Assembly: GCA_001723645.1 (NCBI GenBank)
Contig: MDLC01000015.1
Span: 1 to 57,238, forward strand
DNA from: Candidatus Endobugula sertula
GTDB lineage: Bacteria; Pseudomonadota; Gammaproteobacteria; Pseudomonadales; Cellvibrionaceae
Length of the DNA stretch: 57,238 nucleotides
Direction: 5' to 3'
The notes beneath the pieces are model-generated. The model worked only from the letters and a program-made list of their open reading frames with translations. It made no database searches and had not been told where the DNA came from. The position numbers were made by a program, and so were the translations under genes. Shown piece after piece: positions 43,138 through 51,668 of this stretch; within the stretch, counting starts at the first letter, position 1, and each line of letters begins with the position of its first letter.

Positions 43138-44373
43138 TTATGTTCTCCGTGTTTTATAGGTGAGTAATGGTTTAAAGGTTGCAACGATATCAACCATACC
43201 GGCTTCCGCTAAGTCGCTCACCACCTGACTAATATTTTTGTAGGCTTGTGGGGCCTCTTCATAAAGTAGATCTCTTTGCTTACAAATAACACGGCTACCT
43301 AGTGAAGTTTTCTCTAAGTCTTTTACCTTAAAACGCTTTTCTAAGCGGCCTCGAGCATCACTGCGTTTCCATTTTCGGCCTGCACCATGTGCTAGAGAAA
43401 AACCTCCAAGAGCCAATGCACTTAGCTCATTAACTCTAGGTTTAACAAGATAACTTAAACTACCTCGAGATCCAGGTATCATTACTAAGCCCTTATTCGT
43501 TGGGCTTGCACCTTTACGGTGTATCCAATAACGTCTTTCTGAATCGATGTCTGACTTTGCGGCTGATTTTGCAGAAAGCCCCATTAGCTCAGTCTCAACA
43601 CTTGATAAAGCTTCAACCATATTGTGGGTGACATCGAACAAATAGCGTTGCTTTGTCTTTAACTGCTGACAAAAACGTTCTGCAATAAGTTCTCGATTTG
43701 CTTCAGCCCAACGGATAGCGTAATTGTGACGTTTTTGATACTGTTCATACTGATATTCATCTTGTATGGTTTCTAATGATTTTGAACCTAGGTTATCAAC
43801 ATGATCGCGAAGTATTTTTTGCCCTAAACCTCTAGAGCCGCTATGTACGAGTAAAAACACATGCTTTTTATCAATACCTAATCCATCAAATACATCACTA
43901 TCAATAATCTCATGAATCTGTTGCAATTCAGCAAAGTGATTATCGCCACCTATTGTTCCTAACTTGTGATGCTCTGTTAATGAAAAATCACCTTCAATTA
44001 TTAGACTGCGATCGCCCAACCATTCTTCCCTATTGCCATTCCATAGTTCATCAAGCCCAACAAGTTGTTTTTCCCATTTGTCTAATTTGACCTTTCTGGT
44101 CGGAATATCTAATTGCCATAAACCCATGCCACAACCAATATCACTACCCACCATATGGGGGTAGATACAGTTTTCCGTTACAAAAGCGGCGCCAATGGGT
44201 TGCCCTTTTCCTGGGTGTAGATCTGGCATACCAATACCGATACGCATACCCGGTAATTCCATTGTTTTTTTCAGCTGCGTAATGGCAGCGTCTTCTAACC
44301 AATTTTTGTCAGAGCTAATAATGCTCGTTCGACGATCCTCAGCTGTTTCGATATTTTTAAATAAAGTACTCAT
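43138..44373 (-). CDS. rtcB: RNA 3'-phosphate/5'-OH ligase RtcB (PrfH-associated type)
   Basis: [35 protein letters not shown] and HGAGR motifs. 411 aa. Confidence 0.93.
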   Translation of the reverse strand: MSTLFKNIETAEDRRTSIISSDKNWLEDAAITQLKKTMELPGMRIGIGMPDLHPGKGQPIGAAFVTENCIYPHMVGSDIGCGMGLWQLDIPTRKVKLDKWEKQLVGLDELWNGNREEWLGDRSLIIEGDFSLTEHHKLGTIGGDNHFAELQQIHEIIDSDVFDGLGIDKKHVFLLVHSGSRGLGQKILRDHVDNLGSKSLETIQDEYQYEQYQKRHNYAIRWAEANRELIAERFCQQLKTKQRYLFDVTHNMVEALSSVETELMGLSAKSAAKSDIDSERRYWIHRKGASPTNKGLVMIPGSRGSLSYLVKPRVNELSALALGGFSLAHGAGRKWKRSDARGRLEKRFKVKDLEKTSLGSRVICKQRDLLYEEAPQAYKNISQVVSDLAEAGMVDIVATFKPLLTYKTRRT

Positions 44374-44486
44374 ACAATTTACTTGTTCTATTTTTTCCTA
44401 TATGTCATCTTTCGGCGCAAGTTCGCCCCTCCTGAATCATACATTCAAGTTAAAAAATGACAGGCAATAAGTCTTAACAGTTAATA

Positions 44487-44612
44487 GCGGTGCAAGGATG
44501 CGCCGCCACTGGTCGACAGACCAGTGCGAACCCCTTAAAAACAAGGAGCTTCACATAGCTTCGCCAGTTTTTAAGGGGTGACAGTTAAATAGGTTAGGAT
44601 GACCTATTTAAC
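44487..44612 (-). ncRNA. Candidate structured RNA / leader: four consecutive hairpins upstream of rtcB-prfH
   Basis: Four stems on the plus strand: gcggtgca/tgcgccgc (44487-44506, 7 of 8 bp), cactggtc/gaccagtg (44507-44526), ccccttaaaaac/gtttttaagggg (44531-44578, 12 bp) and gttaaataggt/acctatttaac (44584-44612, 11 bp). No ORF and no U-tract. Strand is not determined from sequence. Confidence 0.35.
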
Positions 44613-44725
44613 TATATAATTAGTAACTGCAATAAATTTTAAATATGCAAAGCTAAACTAAAGCTTCAATAAAGAGCCAGAGATTAAAAATGTTTGTCTG
44701 AATGGATATAGCAGTAAGAAAAAAT

Positions 44726-44938
44726 TTAGCTATAAGAAGCTTGGCGCCCGCCTTCCGGTACCTTTGTTCGCATTTTATGGACTTGTGAATAAGCATATCC
44801 CTTAAATTTCGCCCAGCAGCCTTTATGCAAGAATAATTGTCTTTTCTCTCTTACCATTTCGCCAACCGCTGTACTGTATAAAACACAGTTTCGAGGTACA
44901 AATAAAGAATCGATAATATATTGTGTTTTACTACCCAT
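44726..44938 (-). CDS. Small basic hypothetical protein downstream of cca
   Basis: 70-aa ORF. No family recognised. Confidence 0.3.
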   Translation of the reverse strand: MGSKTQYIIDSLFVPRNCVLYSTAVGEMVREKRQLFLHKGCWAKFKGYAYSQVHKMRTKVPEGGRQASYS

Positions 44939-44978
44939 TGTCTTTCATCCTGTTGAGTACTATTCCTCTAAAGTCTTT

Positions 44979-46241
44979 CTATTGAGGAGCTATCTTATAC
45001 TGTGCCATATACCGCTTAATACTACCCAAACGTAACCGACGAATTTTCTCTGCTAATTTAAGGCCTTCATAGCCTTCACTTAGTAATGGCTTGATATTGG
45101 TATCTATAGCAACCTGGTTGTATTCGATTAACAATTGAGATTGAGGGTAATCTCTTTGCTCTAATCCTAAACGACCCCTAGCATCCGCTTCACAGGCTTG
45201 CGCAAAGTAACGTACACGTTCTGGTCGCCTGAACCCATCTAGTGCTTCCAATAGCTTTAATACCGATTTGGGACGCATTTCTAATAACTTATGACAACGT
45301 AAATGATGCTCTGACACTAGTTTTGCCAAGGTGCGAAAGTCTTTCGGTACTTTATAACACTCACATACTTTCTCAACTAAAGGTACACCTTTAATTTCAT
45401 GGCGAATATGACGAGGCCACTCTTCTTCAGGGGTAAGACCTTTACCCAAATCATGCATTAGTGCAGCCCAGGTCACGATTAGATCATCAAAACGCTCTCT
45501 GGCAATGTCCACGACCATCATCACATGATCACCCGTATCCACTTCTGGGTGATGCTGTGGGGGTTGCGGAACACCAAATAAACAGTCTAATTCTGGCATT
45601 AAAACCTCCAATGCACCACAGGCACGGAGCACTCGGAAAAACTCACTGGGCCGAGGCTCGGTTAATGCTCGAGACATTTCCTTCCAAACACGTTCCGGTG
45701 TTAATTCAGCAAGCTCGCCATTGTTAACCAAGTGCTTCATTAATTCTAATGTATTGGGATGCACTTGAAAATCTAACGTGGCATAACGTGCAGCAAAACG
45801 GGCTACTCTTAATACTCTCAATGGGTCATCAGAGAATGATTCTGAAACATGTCGTAAGACTTTATTATTTAAATCGGCTCTACCGTTAAACGGATCAACA
45901 TATTTACCTTCTAATGTCAGCGCAATGGCATTAATCGTAAGGTCTCTCCGAGATAGATCTTCTTCAAGTGTAACCTCGGGGCTAAAATCACAAACAAAGC
46001 CAGTGTGCCCCTTACCTGATTTTCTTTCAGTACGAGCGAGAGCATATTCATCCTTAGTTTCTGGGTGTAAAAAACAGGGAAAGTCGTTACCTATTTGTTG
46101 ATAGCCTTGCTCTATAAGCATTTCTGGAGTCGCACCGATGACTACCCAGTCATGATCTGCAACTGGGCGACCTAATAGCTTATCGCGTACCGCTCCACCG
46201 ACTAAATAAGCCTGAACACCAGTATTCTGTATATTTTCCAT
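44979..46241 (-). CDS. cca: Multifunctional CCA-adding enzyme (class II nucleotidyltransferase with HD domain)
   Basis: YLVGGAVRDKLLGRP..D.DWVV, ARTERK and RDLTINA, plus a C-terminal HD-domain region (LMHDLGK). 420 aa, like E. coli Cca. Confidence 0.92.
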   Translation of the reverse strand: MENIQNTGVQAYLVGGAVRDKLLGRPVADHDWVVIGATPEMLIEQGYQQIGNDFPCFLHPETKDEYALARTERKSGKGHTGFVCDFSPEVTLEEDLSRRDLTINAIALTLEGKYVDPFNGRADLNNKVLRHVSESFSDDPLRVLRVARFAARYATLDFQVHPNTLELMKHLVNNGELAELTPERVWKEMSRALTEPRPSEFFRVLRACGALEVLMPELDCLFGVPQPPQHHPEVDTGDHVMMVVDIARERFDDLIVTWAALMHDLGKGLTPEEEWPRHIRHEIKGVPLVEKVCECYKVPKDFRTLAKLVSEHHLRCHKLLEMRPKSVLKLLEALDGFRRPERVRYFAQACEADARGRLGLEQRDYPQSQLLIEYNQVAIDTNIKPLLSEGYEGLKLAEKIRRLRLGSIKRYMAQYKIAPQ

Positions 46242-46987
46242 TATATTGTTACGACTAAGTTCTCATTAAAGTTTGGGTTATAGCTATCTGGATAACCTCT
46301 TGGATTACAAATAATACGGCAGTTACCTATGGAGTAATCATAACTTTGGTGCAAATGACCGTGAATCCAAAGATTTGGACTGTACTCCAAAATAAAATCA
46401 TCTAAATCAGATACATAGGCAGCGCTCGTCATATCGCTTGCCTTTTTCTCTGAAAGAGACATTCTACTAGGGCCGTGGTGACTTATAACAACATTTTTAT
46501 ACCCTTTATAAGTGGTTAGTTCACGTTCAAGCCAATGAAGTGAATGTTTATGGATAATAGCCGTATCTATCGACCTTAATTTTGAGTACTTGGGAGAAAC
46601 TCGAATCTTCTTGTAGTCATTCATTATCTGTTGACAGTGAAAACCTGCAATCCGAGGATCGCCAAAAAGCTCAAAATCTGTCCATAATGTACAGCCAAAG
46701 AAATTAATATTACCTAAAGTAACCAACTCTTTTTCTAAAATATGAATGTTTGTGTCTTTAGCCATCGCTTTCATTTCATGAATATATTTCGGATACGCTT
46801 TACCGTAAAATTCATGGTTGCCTAGTACATATAAGACGGGTTTATCAGGTATATTTTTTAATGCCCACTCTATTCCTTTTCCTTTTACATGGATATCACC
46901 AGCAAGAATGACAATGTCACACTCCGGCAAGGTTAGTTCCAAATTAGCAAACTCTATATGTAGATCACTTAATATTAATAACTTCAC
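46241..46987 (-). CDS. Calcineurin-like metallophosphoesterase
   Basis: LSDLHIE, AGDI, GNHEFY, HHGP and GHLH motifs. The stop overlaps the cca start (TAATG). Confidence 0.85.
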   Translation of the reverse strand: MKLLILSDLHIEFANLELTLPECDIVILAGDIHVKGKGIEWALKNIPDKPVLYVLGNHEFYGKAYPKYIHEMKAMAKDTNIHILEKELVTLGNINFFGCTLWTDFELFGDPRIAGFHCQQIMNDYKKIRVSPKYSKLRSIDTAIIHKHSLHWLERELTTYKGYKNVVISHHGPSRMSLSEKKASDMTSAAYVSDLDDFILEYSPNLWIHGHLHQSYDYSIGNCRIICNPRGYPDSYNPNFNENLVVTI

Positions 46988-47023
46988 GTTATACTTCTGA
47001 TAGTTTTTTCATATGTAAAGGGT

Positions 47024-47048
47024 AAAACCGCCAGCAAGCTGACGGTTA
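47024..47048 (-). terminator. Probable terminator after the SPFH gene
   Basis: aaccgccag-caag-ctgacggtt hairpin (8 of 9 bp), followed on the minus strand by a short TTTT run. Confidence 0.5.
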
Positions 47049-47052
47049 TCGG

Positions 47053-48207
47053 TTAAGCCTTTTTAGGGGCTAGAGTTACAAGCTCGTTAAGCACACCGCC
47101 TAAACCACCGTAAACAGAAATCTTATCGATTTGACCGGTAATTTTTTCGAGTGCTTCTAACTCTTTCAAGCGAAGCAATACTGGATTATTTTCCATCATC
47201 TTAGCAGTATTATGTAACGAACGCATAGCTTGAGTTTCCTCGCGGCGTTTGATCAAGTTAGCTTCAGCTTCTTTTTGTGCTTCAACCACTTGATTCAAGA
47301 TTTGCTTCATATCACCCGGCAAGATAATGTCTTTAACACCAACATTGACCAGCTCAATACCATAGTTAGCTAATTTTTCGCGAGTCGCTTGGGTAATCAC
47401 TGTGTTAAGTGTATCTTTATCTTCCAACAAAGTATCCAGTGATTGTGTACCCACCGCTTCACGCAGGCTTAACTGCAGCTCGCGATAGATAAAACCAGCA
47501 TAATCATTCACTTTTAAAGCGACGATTTCTGGATCTTTCACTTTATAGCTAGCGCTTAAGTTAATACGCAGGCTCACACGATCCTTTGTTAAAATTTTTT
47601 GACCACTTACCTCAACAGCTTGTAAGCGTAGATCTAATAGCTTAACACCAACAGAACGATTGTATTTCCAGAAGCCATAATTTCCAGGCTTTAAAATACT
47701 CTCGAGCTTACCATTAACGTTTAGAAGGCCGACGTGTTCATCTGGCACTTCTGCGTAAAGAATGGCATTAACTACTTCTCGGCTTTGACCTACTGTTAGG
47801 CCTCGACCTAGTAGATTAATCAACGACTTATCGATTTGGTAGTTCTCACTGATATCAATAATATCAACACGAACATCCTCTACATTTTTCCAAACGGTTA
47901 AAACAGAACCTGGTGCGAGCACACTAGCCAGCTTGTTATCTCGATACAGCAAACCGACTTCAGAGTCTTTAAGGTTAAACTGTTCAAGATAAGGTGCTAA
48001 TTTATCTGCATATTGAGTCATTAGGAACTGTGCTTTACGGTTCTTAAATAACACGTCGGTAATGTCATGAACGTCTACTGCCACTCGGCCTTGTGGGGTC
48101 GATACTCGGTGTCGACCTGGACCTAGTACACGTTTAAATTGATCACGCACATACAATAGAGCACGTTGATGATCAGCAATATCAATTGTCTTCCAGAAAA
48201 TCATCAT
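47053..48207 (-). CDS. SPFH/band-7 domain protein (slipin-like)
   Basis: 384 aa. A central SPFH-type region and a C-terminal coiled-coil QKEAEANLIKRREETQA. Confidence 0.85.
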   Translation of the reverse strand: MMIFWKTIDIADHQRALLYVRDQFKRVLGPGRHRVSTPQGRVAVDVHDITDVLFKNRKAQFLMTQYADKLAPYLEQFNLKDSEVGLLYRDNKLASVLAPGSVLTVWKNVEDVRVDIIDISENYQIDKSLINLLGRGLTVGQSREVVNAILYAEVPDEHVGLLNVNGKLESILKPGNYGFWKYNRSVGVKLLDLRLQAVEVSGQKILTKDRVSLRINLSASYKVKDPEIVALKVNDYAGFIYRELQLSLREAVGTQSLDTLLEDKDTLNTVITQATREKLANYGIELVNVGVKDIILPGDMKQILNQVVEAQKEAEANLIKRREETQAMRSLHNTAKMMENNPVLLRLKELEALEKITGQIDKISVYGGLGGVLNELVTLAPKKA

Positions 48208-48494
48208 TTTCTCCTTATAGCTGGCATCATAAAGATGCCTTTTATGAATAGGCGAGGCCCACTTGGTTTTAACGCGGTCGATAATTTGAATAGCCTAGGT
48301 CACTTATCTCAGCGGCTTGTTGCGCGGTTATCTTCACCCTGAAGAACAACATCCGTGTATGCTTTCCTTAGCGAATAACCGTGGTTCAAGCATAAAATAA
48401 TGACGTAAACGATTAACCCATCATCAACGGTATTAAAACCATTGCTAGCTAATCTATAGAAGCCTTAACCAGCAGTGAGCCTCTAGTGTTTTAT

Positions 48495-48541
48495 TGGTAA
48501 CAAACCAAGGGGATTCGAACCCCAGACTTTCGTCTTACCCA
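48495..48541 (-). other. tRNA 3'-half-like fragment (T-arm plus ..ACCA), no 5' half
   Basis: The minus strand reads TGGGTAAGACGAAAGTCTGGGGTTCGAATCCCCTTGGTTTGTTACCA. It directly abuts the CCA end of tRNA-Met. No complementary 5' acceptor strand was found. Confidence 0.45.
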
Positions 48542-48618
48542 TGGTGTTTTTGGCAGGATTCGAACCTGCTACCCATCGATTATGAATCGATTGCTCTACC
48601 CGTATGAGCTACAAAAAC
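48542..48618 (-). tRNA. tRNA with CAT anticodon (Met, or Ile if lysidine-modified), CCA encoded
   Basis: Hand fold: GTTTTTG TA GCTC ATACGGGTA GAGC A ATCGA TTCATAA TCGAT GGGTA GCAGG TTCGAAT CCTGC CAAAAAC A CCA. Confidence 0.85.
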
Positions 48619-48984
48619 CTATGCGTTGGAGGCATAGTTGTTTAGCGGGCTAGCGAATCGGTACACAGGACATTAAAAATGGCTGTGCCAGCCTGGCATA
48701 CGGAACCAGAGACACTGTTTCGTTAACTTGCGCATAAACATCGGTATGGAGTTAGACGCCAAAAAAGCGCCAAACTCCAAATACTTATCATCGAATATCG
48801 GAAACAACACTAAGGTGTTTGCCTTTTTCCTTATCGTACTCGGCAATTTCCATTTCTCCGTCAATTGGCGCTATTGTTACCAAATGATCAATTCGTGAAT
48901 ACATCTCTCCATGGTAGGCTTTTAGCTCGCCTTTTCCATTTTCATATCCTCATTGCTTATGAACTAAAGCCAATACAGTTTGGT

Positions 48985-49536
48985 TTAGCCACTCTTCCAT
49001 TTTCGTTGACTAGAAAATTGTTTAGTCAGATAGTCCATTTGATCGGCAATAATATGCCGATTAGTTAAATACAAATATTCAAAAGGATTCGGCGTAAACG
49101 GAACCGCTAATAAAAGCATATTTGCTTGTTCCGGTGTACGATTGCCTTTTGCATGATTGCAGCGCTTGCAGGCGGCCACGACATTTGTCCAACTATCGGC
49201 TCCACCTTGAGCACGCGGTACCACATGGTCACGGGTTAGTTCCTGTGCAAAAAATATTTGGCCGCAATATAAGCACACATAATTATCTCGACGAAATAAC
49301 ATAGCATTGCTAAATGAACGGACCTTCATACTTTTTCCGTGACCTTTAGTCGCAATCACTGGAGAAATATCAAGCATAGAACGTTCGCCATCGCGGTTGT
49401 AACCGCCCCGCATTAAGGCACCTTGTTCACCCATTTCCCACAGCACAAGTTTTTTGCTGTAAAGGGTTGTAGCAGCCTCCACTAATAGCCAATGCATCGG
49501 CATACCAGAGGGATTTAGGCGTAGTACTTTTTTCAT
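48985..49536 (-). CDS. HNH endonuclease
   Basis: CLYCG...TRDHVVPRAQGG..SW.NVVAACKRCNHAKGNRTP is a classic HNH-Cys4 motif. 183 aa. Confidence 0.88.
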   Translation of the reverse strand: MKKVLRLNPSGMPMHWLLVEAATTLYSKKLVLWEMGEQGALMRGGYNRDGERSMLDISPVIATKGHGKSMKVRSFSNAMLFRRDNYVCLYCGQIFFAQELTRDHVVPRAQGGADSWTNVVAACKRCNHAKGNRTPEQANMLLLAVPFTPNPFEYLYLTNRHIIADQMDYLTKQFSSQRKWKSG

Positions 49537-49578
49537 TACCTTGCGCCAAAAAATAAATCCATATGTGAATACACCAGC

Positions 49579-49875
49579 CTAATAGTATTTAATAAAGTTC
49601 ATACCATCAGCCGAGCGATAACCATTTGTTTCTAACAAATGGATCATCGCTTGTCGTTTTTGTAATTGCCTTTCTGTAACAACTACATAAAGCGGCATCA
49701 ATTGTTGATGGAGTGCCCATGTCAACAATTGGTGCCCATTTTCGCGACCAACTAAATAGTGATCCACATATAGCTGGGTTACACTATTTTTAAGCAATTG
49801 CTTTTTTGCTTTTCTTGCATCGTCACAGAAAACATCTGCGAAACGGTTTTGATTTTTGCTAACAGATAAACGCAT
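49579..49875 (-). CDS. Hypothetical protein inside the tRNA array
   Basis: 98-aa ORF, 33 nt downstream of tRNA-His. No family recognised. Confidence 0.45.
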   Translation of the reverse strand: MRLSVSKNQNRFADVFCDDARKAKKQLLKNSVTQLYVDHYLVGRENGHQLLTWALHQQLMPLYVVVTERQLQKRQAMIHLLETNGYRSADGMNFIKYY

Positions 49876-49908
49876 AATCCCTCCTGTGAGCTAGTGAGAA
49901 TATTTAGG

Positions 49909-49980
49909 GGTGACCGATGGGACTCGAACCCATATATACTTGAGCCACATTCAAGCGCATTACCGATCTGCCACGGCCAC
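49909..49980 (-). tRNA. tRNA-His (GTG), no encoded CCA (CCT) and no G-1
   Basis: Hand fold: GTGGCCG TG GCAG ATCGGTA ATGC G CTTGA ATGTGGC TCAAG TATAT ATGGG TTCGAGT CCCAT CGGTCAC C. Followed by CCT, and position -1 is T. Confidence 0.75.
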
Positions 49981-50011
49981 ACCTAAATATTCTGGGTAAT
50001 AAGAAATAATT

Positions 50012-50086
50012 TGGTCCGCCCGGTAGGATTTGAACCCACACCTGTCGGCTTAAAAGGCCGATGCGCTACCATTACGCCACGAACGG
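50012..50086 (-). tRNA. tRNA-Lys (TTT), CCA encoded
   Basis: Hand fold: CCGTTCG TG GCGT AATGGTA GCGC A TCGGC CTTTTAA GCCGA CAGGT GTGGG TTCAAAT CCTAC CGGGCGG A CCA. Confidence 0.85.
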
Positions 50087-50091
50087 AAAAT

Positions 50092-50170
50092 TGGCACCTG
50101 ACACAGGACTCGAACCTGCATCTCCCCGCTTCGTAGGCGGGTGCTCTAAATCCAATTGAGCTAATCAGGC
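50092..50170 (-). tRNA. tRNA-Arg (ACG), CCA encoded
   Basis: Hand fold: GCCTGAT TA GCTC AATTGGATTTA GAGC A CCCGC CTACGAA GCGGG GAGAT GCAGG TTCGAGT CCTGT GTCAGGT G CCA. Confidence 0.85.
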
Positions 50171-50176
50171 AAAATT

Positions 50177-50250
50177 TGGAGCCCAATACAGGACTCGAAC
50201 CTGTCTCTACTGCTTACAAGGCAGTTGCACAGCCGCTATGCCAATCGGGC
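50177..50250 (-). tRNA. tRNA-Thr (TGT), CCA encoded
   Basis: Hand fold: GCCCGAT TG GCAT AGCGGCT GTGC A ACTGC CTTGTAA GCAGT AGAG ACAGG TTCGAGT CCTGT ATTGGGC T CCA. Confidence 0.85.
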
Positions 50251-50290
50251 AAGTTAAGAAATTTTGTGAAATAAAAGACTGGAATCCTTT

Positions 50291-51487
50291 CTAGCCTTTT
50301 ACGTTGACGATTTGACGAAGCGTATGAACAACGTCAACAAGATCAGTTTGGTTATCCATAACATCATCAATTGGCTTATACGCCATGGGAATCTCATCGA
50401 TTACACCTTTGTCTTTACGGCATTCAATCCCCTCTGTTGCAGATACAAGATCACTTACAGAATAGGTTTTTGCAGCCGCAGTTCGACTTAGGCGACGTCC
50501 AGCGCCGTGAGAGCAAGAACAGAACGATTCTGATTCACCTTTACCACGAACAATAAAACTTTTATCGCCCATAGACCCAGGAATAATACCCAAATCATCT
50601 TTTCTTGCGCGGATAGCGCCTTTACGTGTAACCCATACGTTTTTACCAAAATGGTTTTCCTTTTCCACATAGTTATGATGACAATTGATGGCTTCTTGAG
50701 TGACCGCAAACGCTGGAAGATGTTTACGTAGCTCCATCATCACTGCATTCATCATATGTGTACGATTCAATGCAGCATAATCTTGCCCCCAAGATACTGC
50801 TTCGATGTAATCATCGTAATATTCTGATCCTTCAGATAGATAAGCCAAATCTTTATCGGGCAAATGGATCATCCATTTTTCCATTTCACGTTTCGCGATC
50901 TCGATAAAATGCATTCCAATTTTATTACCGATACCACGGCTTCCTGAATGCAGCATAATCCATACGTCTTGATTTTCATCCAAACACAACTCGATAAAGT
51001 GATTCCCTGAACCTAGCGTACCTAACTGCTTTGCAAAGGCATCATACTTAATACGTTTACTTATTTGAGGATGCTTCTCGAAGATAGTACTTAAACGCAT
51101 TGAAATATCATGGCCACCTGCAATTTTAGGGTCACGATGTTTTCCGCCTGCCCCCAAAGGCACAACAGATTCAATACGACTGCGAATAGCTTTCAAATTA
51201 TCAGGCAGATCTTTTGCCTTTAGCGATAGACGCACGGCATTCATACCACAACCAATATCCACGCCTACTGCAGCAGGGATAATCGCTTTATCGGTCGCGA
51301 TTACTGAACCCACAGTCGCTCCTTTACCCAAATGAACATCTGGCATTGCTGCTACATGTTTATAGACAAAGGGTAAATTCGCTACTCGGCTTAATTGTGC
51401 CTGTGTGTTGTAATCAATATCATCTGTCCAGATTTTTACAGGCACACGCTGATCTTTATGCGTTGCCAATACTTTTTTAATGGTCAT
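50291..51487 (-). CDS. rtcB: RNA ligase RtcB embedded in the tRNA array
   Basis: MPDVHLGKG, GVDIGCGM, GSGNHFIELC, HSGSRGIGN, HNY and HGAGR motifs. 398 aa. Lies 30 nt downstream of an oversized tRNA-like gene and 40 nt upstream of tRNA-Thr. Confidence 0.95.
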   Translation of the reverse strand: MTIKKVLATHKDQRVPVKIWTDDIDYNTQAQLSRVANLPFVYKHVAAMPDVHLGKGATVGSVIATDKAIIPAAVGVDIGCGMNAVRLSLKAKDLPDNLKAIRSRIESVVPLGAGGKHRDPKIAGGHDISMRLSTIFEKHPQISKRIKYDAFAKQLGTLGSGNHFIELCLDENQDVWIMLHSGSRGIGNKIGMHFIEIAKREMEKWMIHLPDKDLAYLSEGSEYYDDYIEAVSWGQDYAALNRTHMMNAVMMELRKHLPAFAVTQEAINCHHNYVEKENHFGKNVWVTRKGAIRARKDDLGIIPGSMGDKSFIVRGKGESESFCSCSHGAGRRLSRTAAAKTYSVSDLVSATEGIECRKDKGVIDEIPMAYKPIDDVMDNQTDLVDVVHTLRQIVNVKG

Positions 51488-51517
51488 AATTGCCTCCTTT
51501 AGTTATTTTATAATGAC

Positions 51518-51658
51518 TGGTTGGAGGTATAGGAATAACCTAAGCGCGTCCTGCGCTTAGCCTTTCAGATGCAAAGCAGTTCAAAATGCTCCCGGCATTT
51601 TGTCGAACCCATCTCGCCGGGGCAAAAACCCGGTGCTCAGCCACTAAGCCAACCTCCA
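51518..51658 (-). tRNA. Oversized (141 nt) tRNA-like gene with a 74-nt T-loop. The 7-nt anticodon loop reads TTTTTGC (UUU). CCA encoded.
   Basis: Hand fold: TGGAGGT TG GCT TAGTGGCTG AGC A CCGGG TTTTTGC CCCGG CGAG ATGGG [TTCGA CAAAATGC-CGGGA-GCATTTTG AACTGCTTTGCATCTGAAAGG CTAAGCGC-AGGAC-GCGCTTAG GTTATT] CCTAT ACCTCCA A CCA. Acceptor pairs 7/7 and T-stem 5/5. Confidence 0.6.
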
Positions 51659-51668
51659 GTTAAGTAAT

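Noticed and set aside
44495-44512. A sigma-54-like TGGC...TTGCA element upstream of rtcB. rtcBA is sigma-54/RtcR-controlled in E. coli.
   Set aside because: On the minus strand the sequence is TGGCGGCGCATCCTTGCA, so the GG-to-GC spacing is two nt too long for the -24/-12 consensus. No RtcR-like regulator gene is present.
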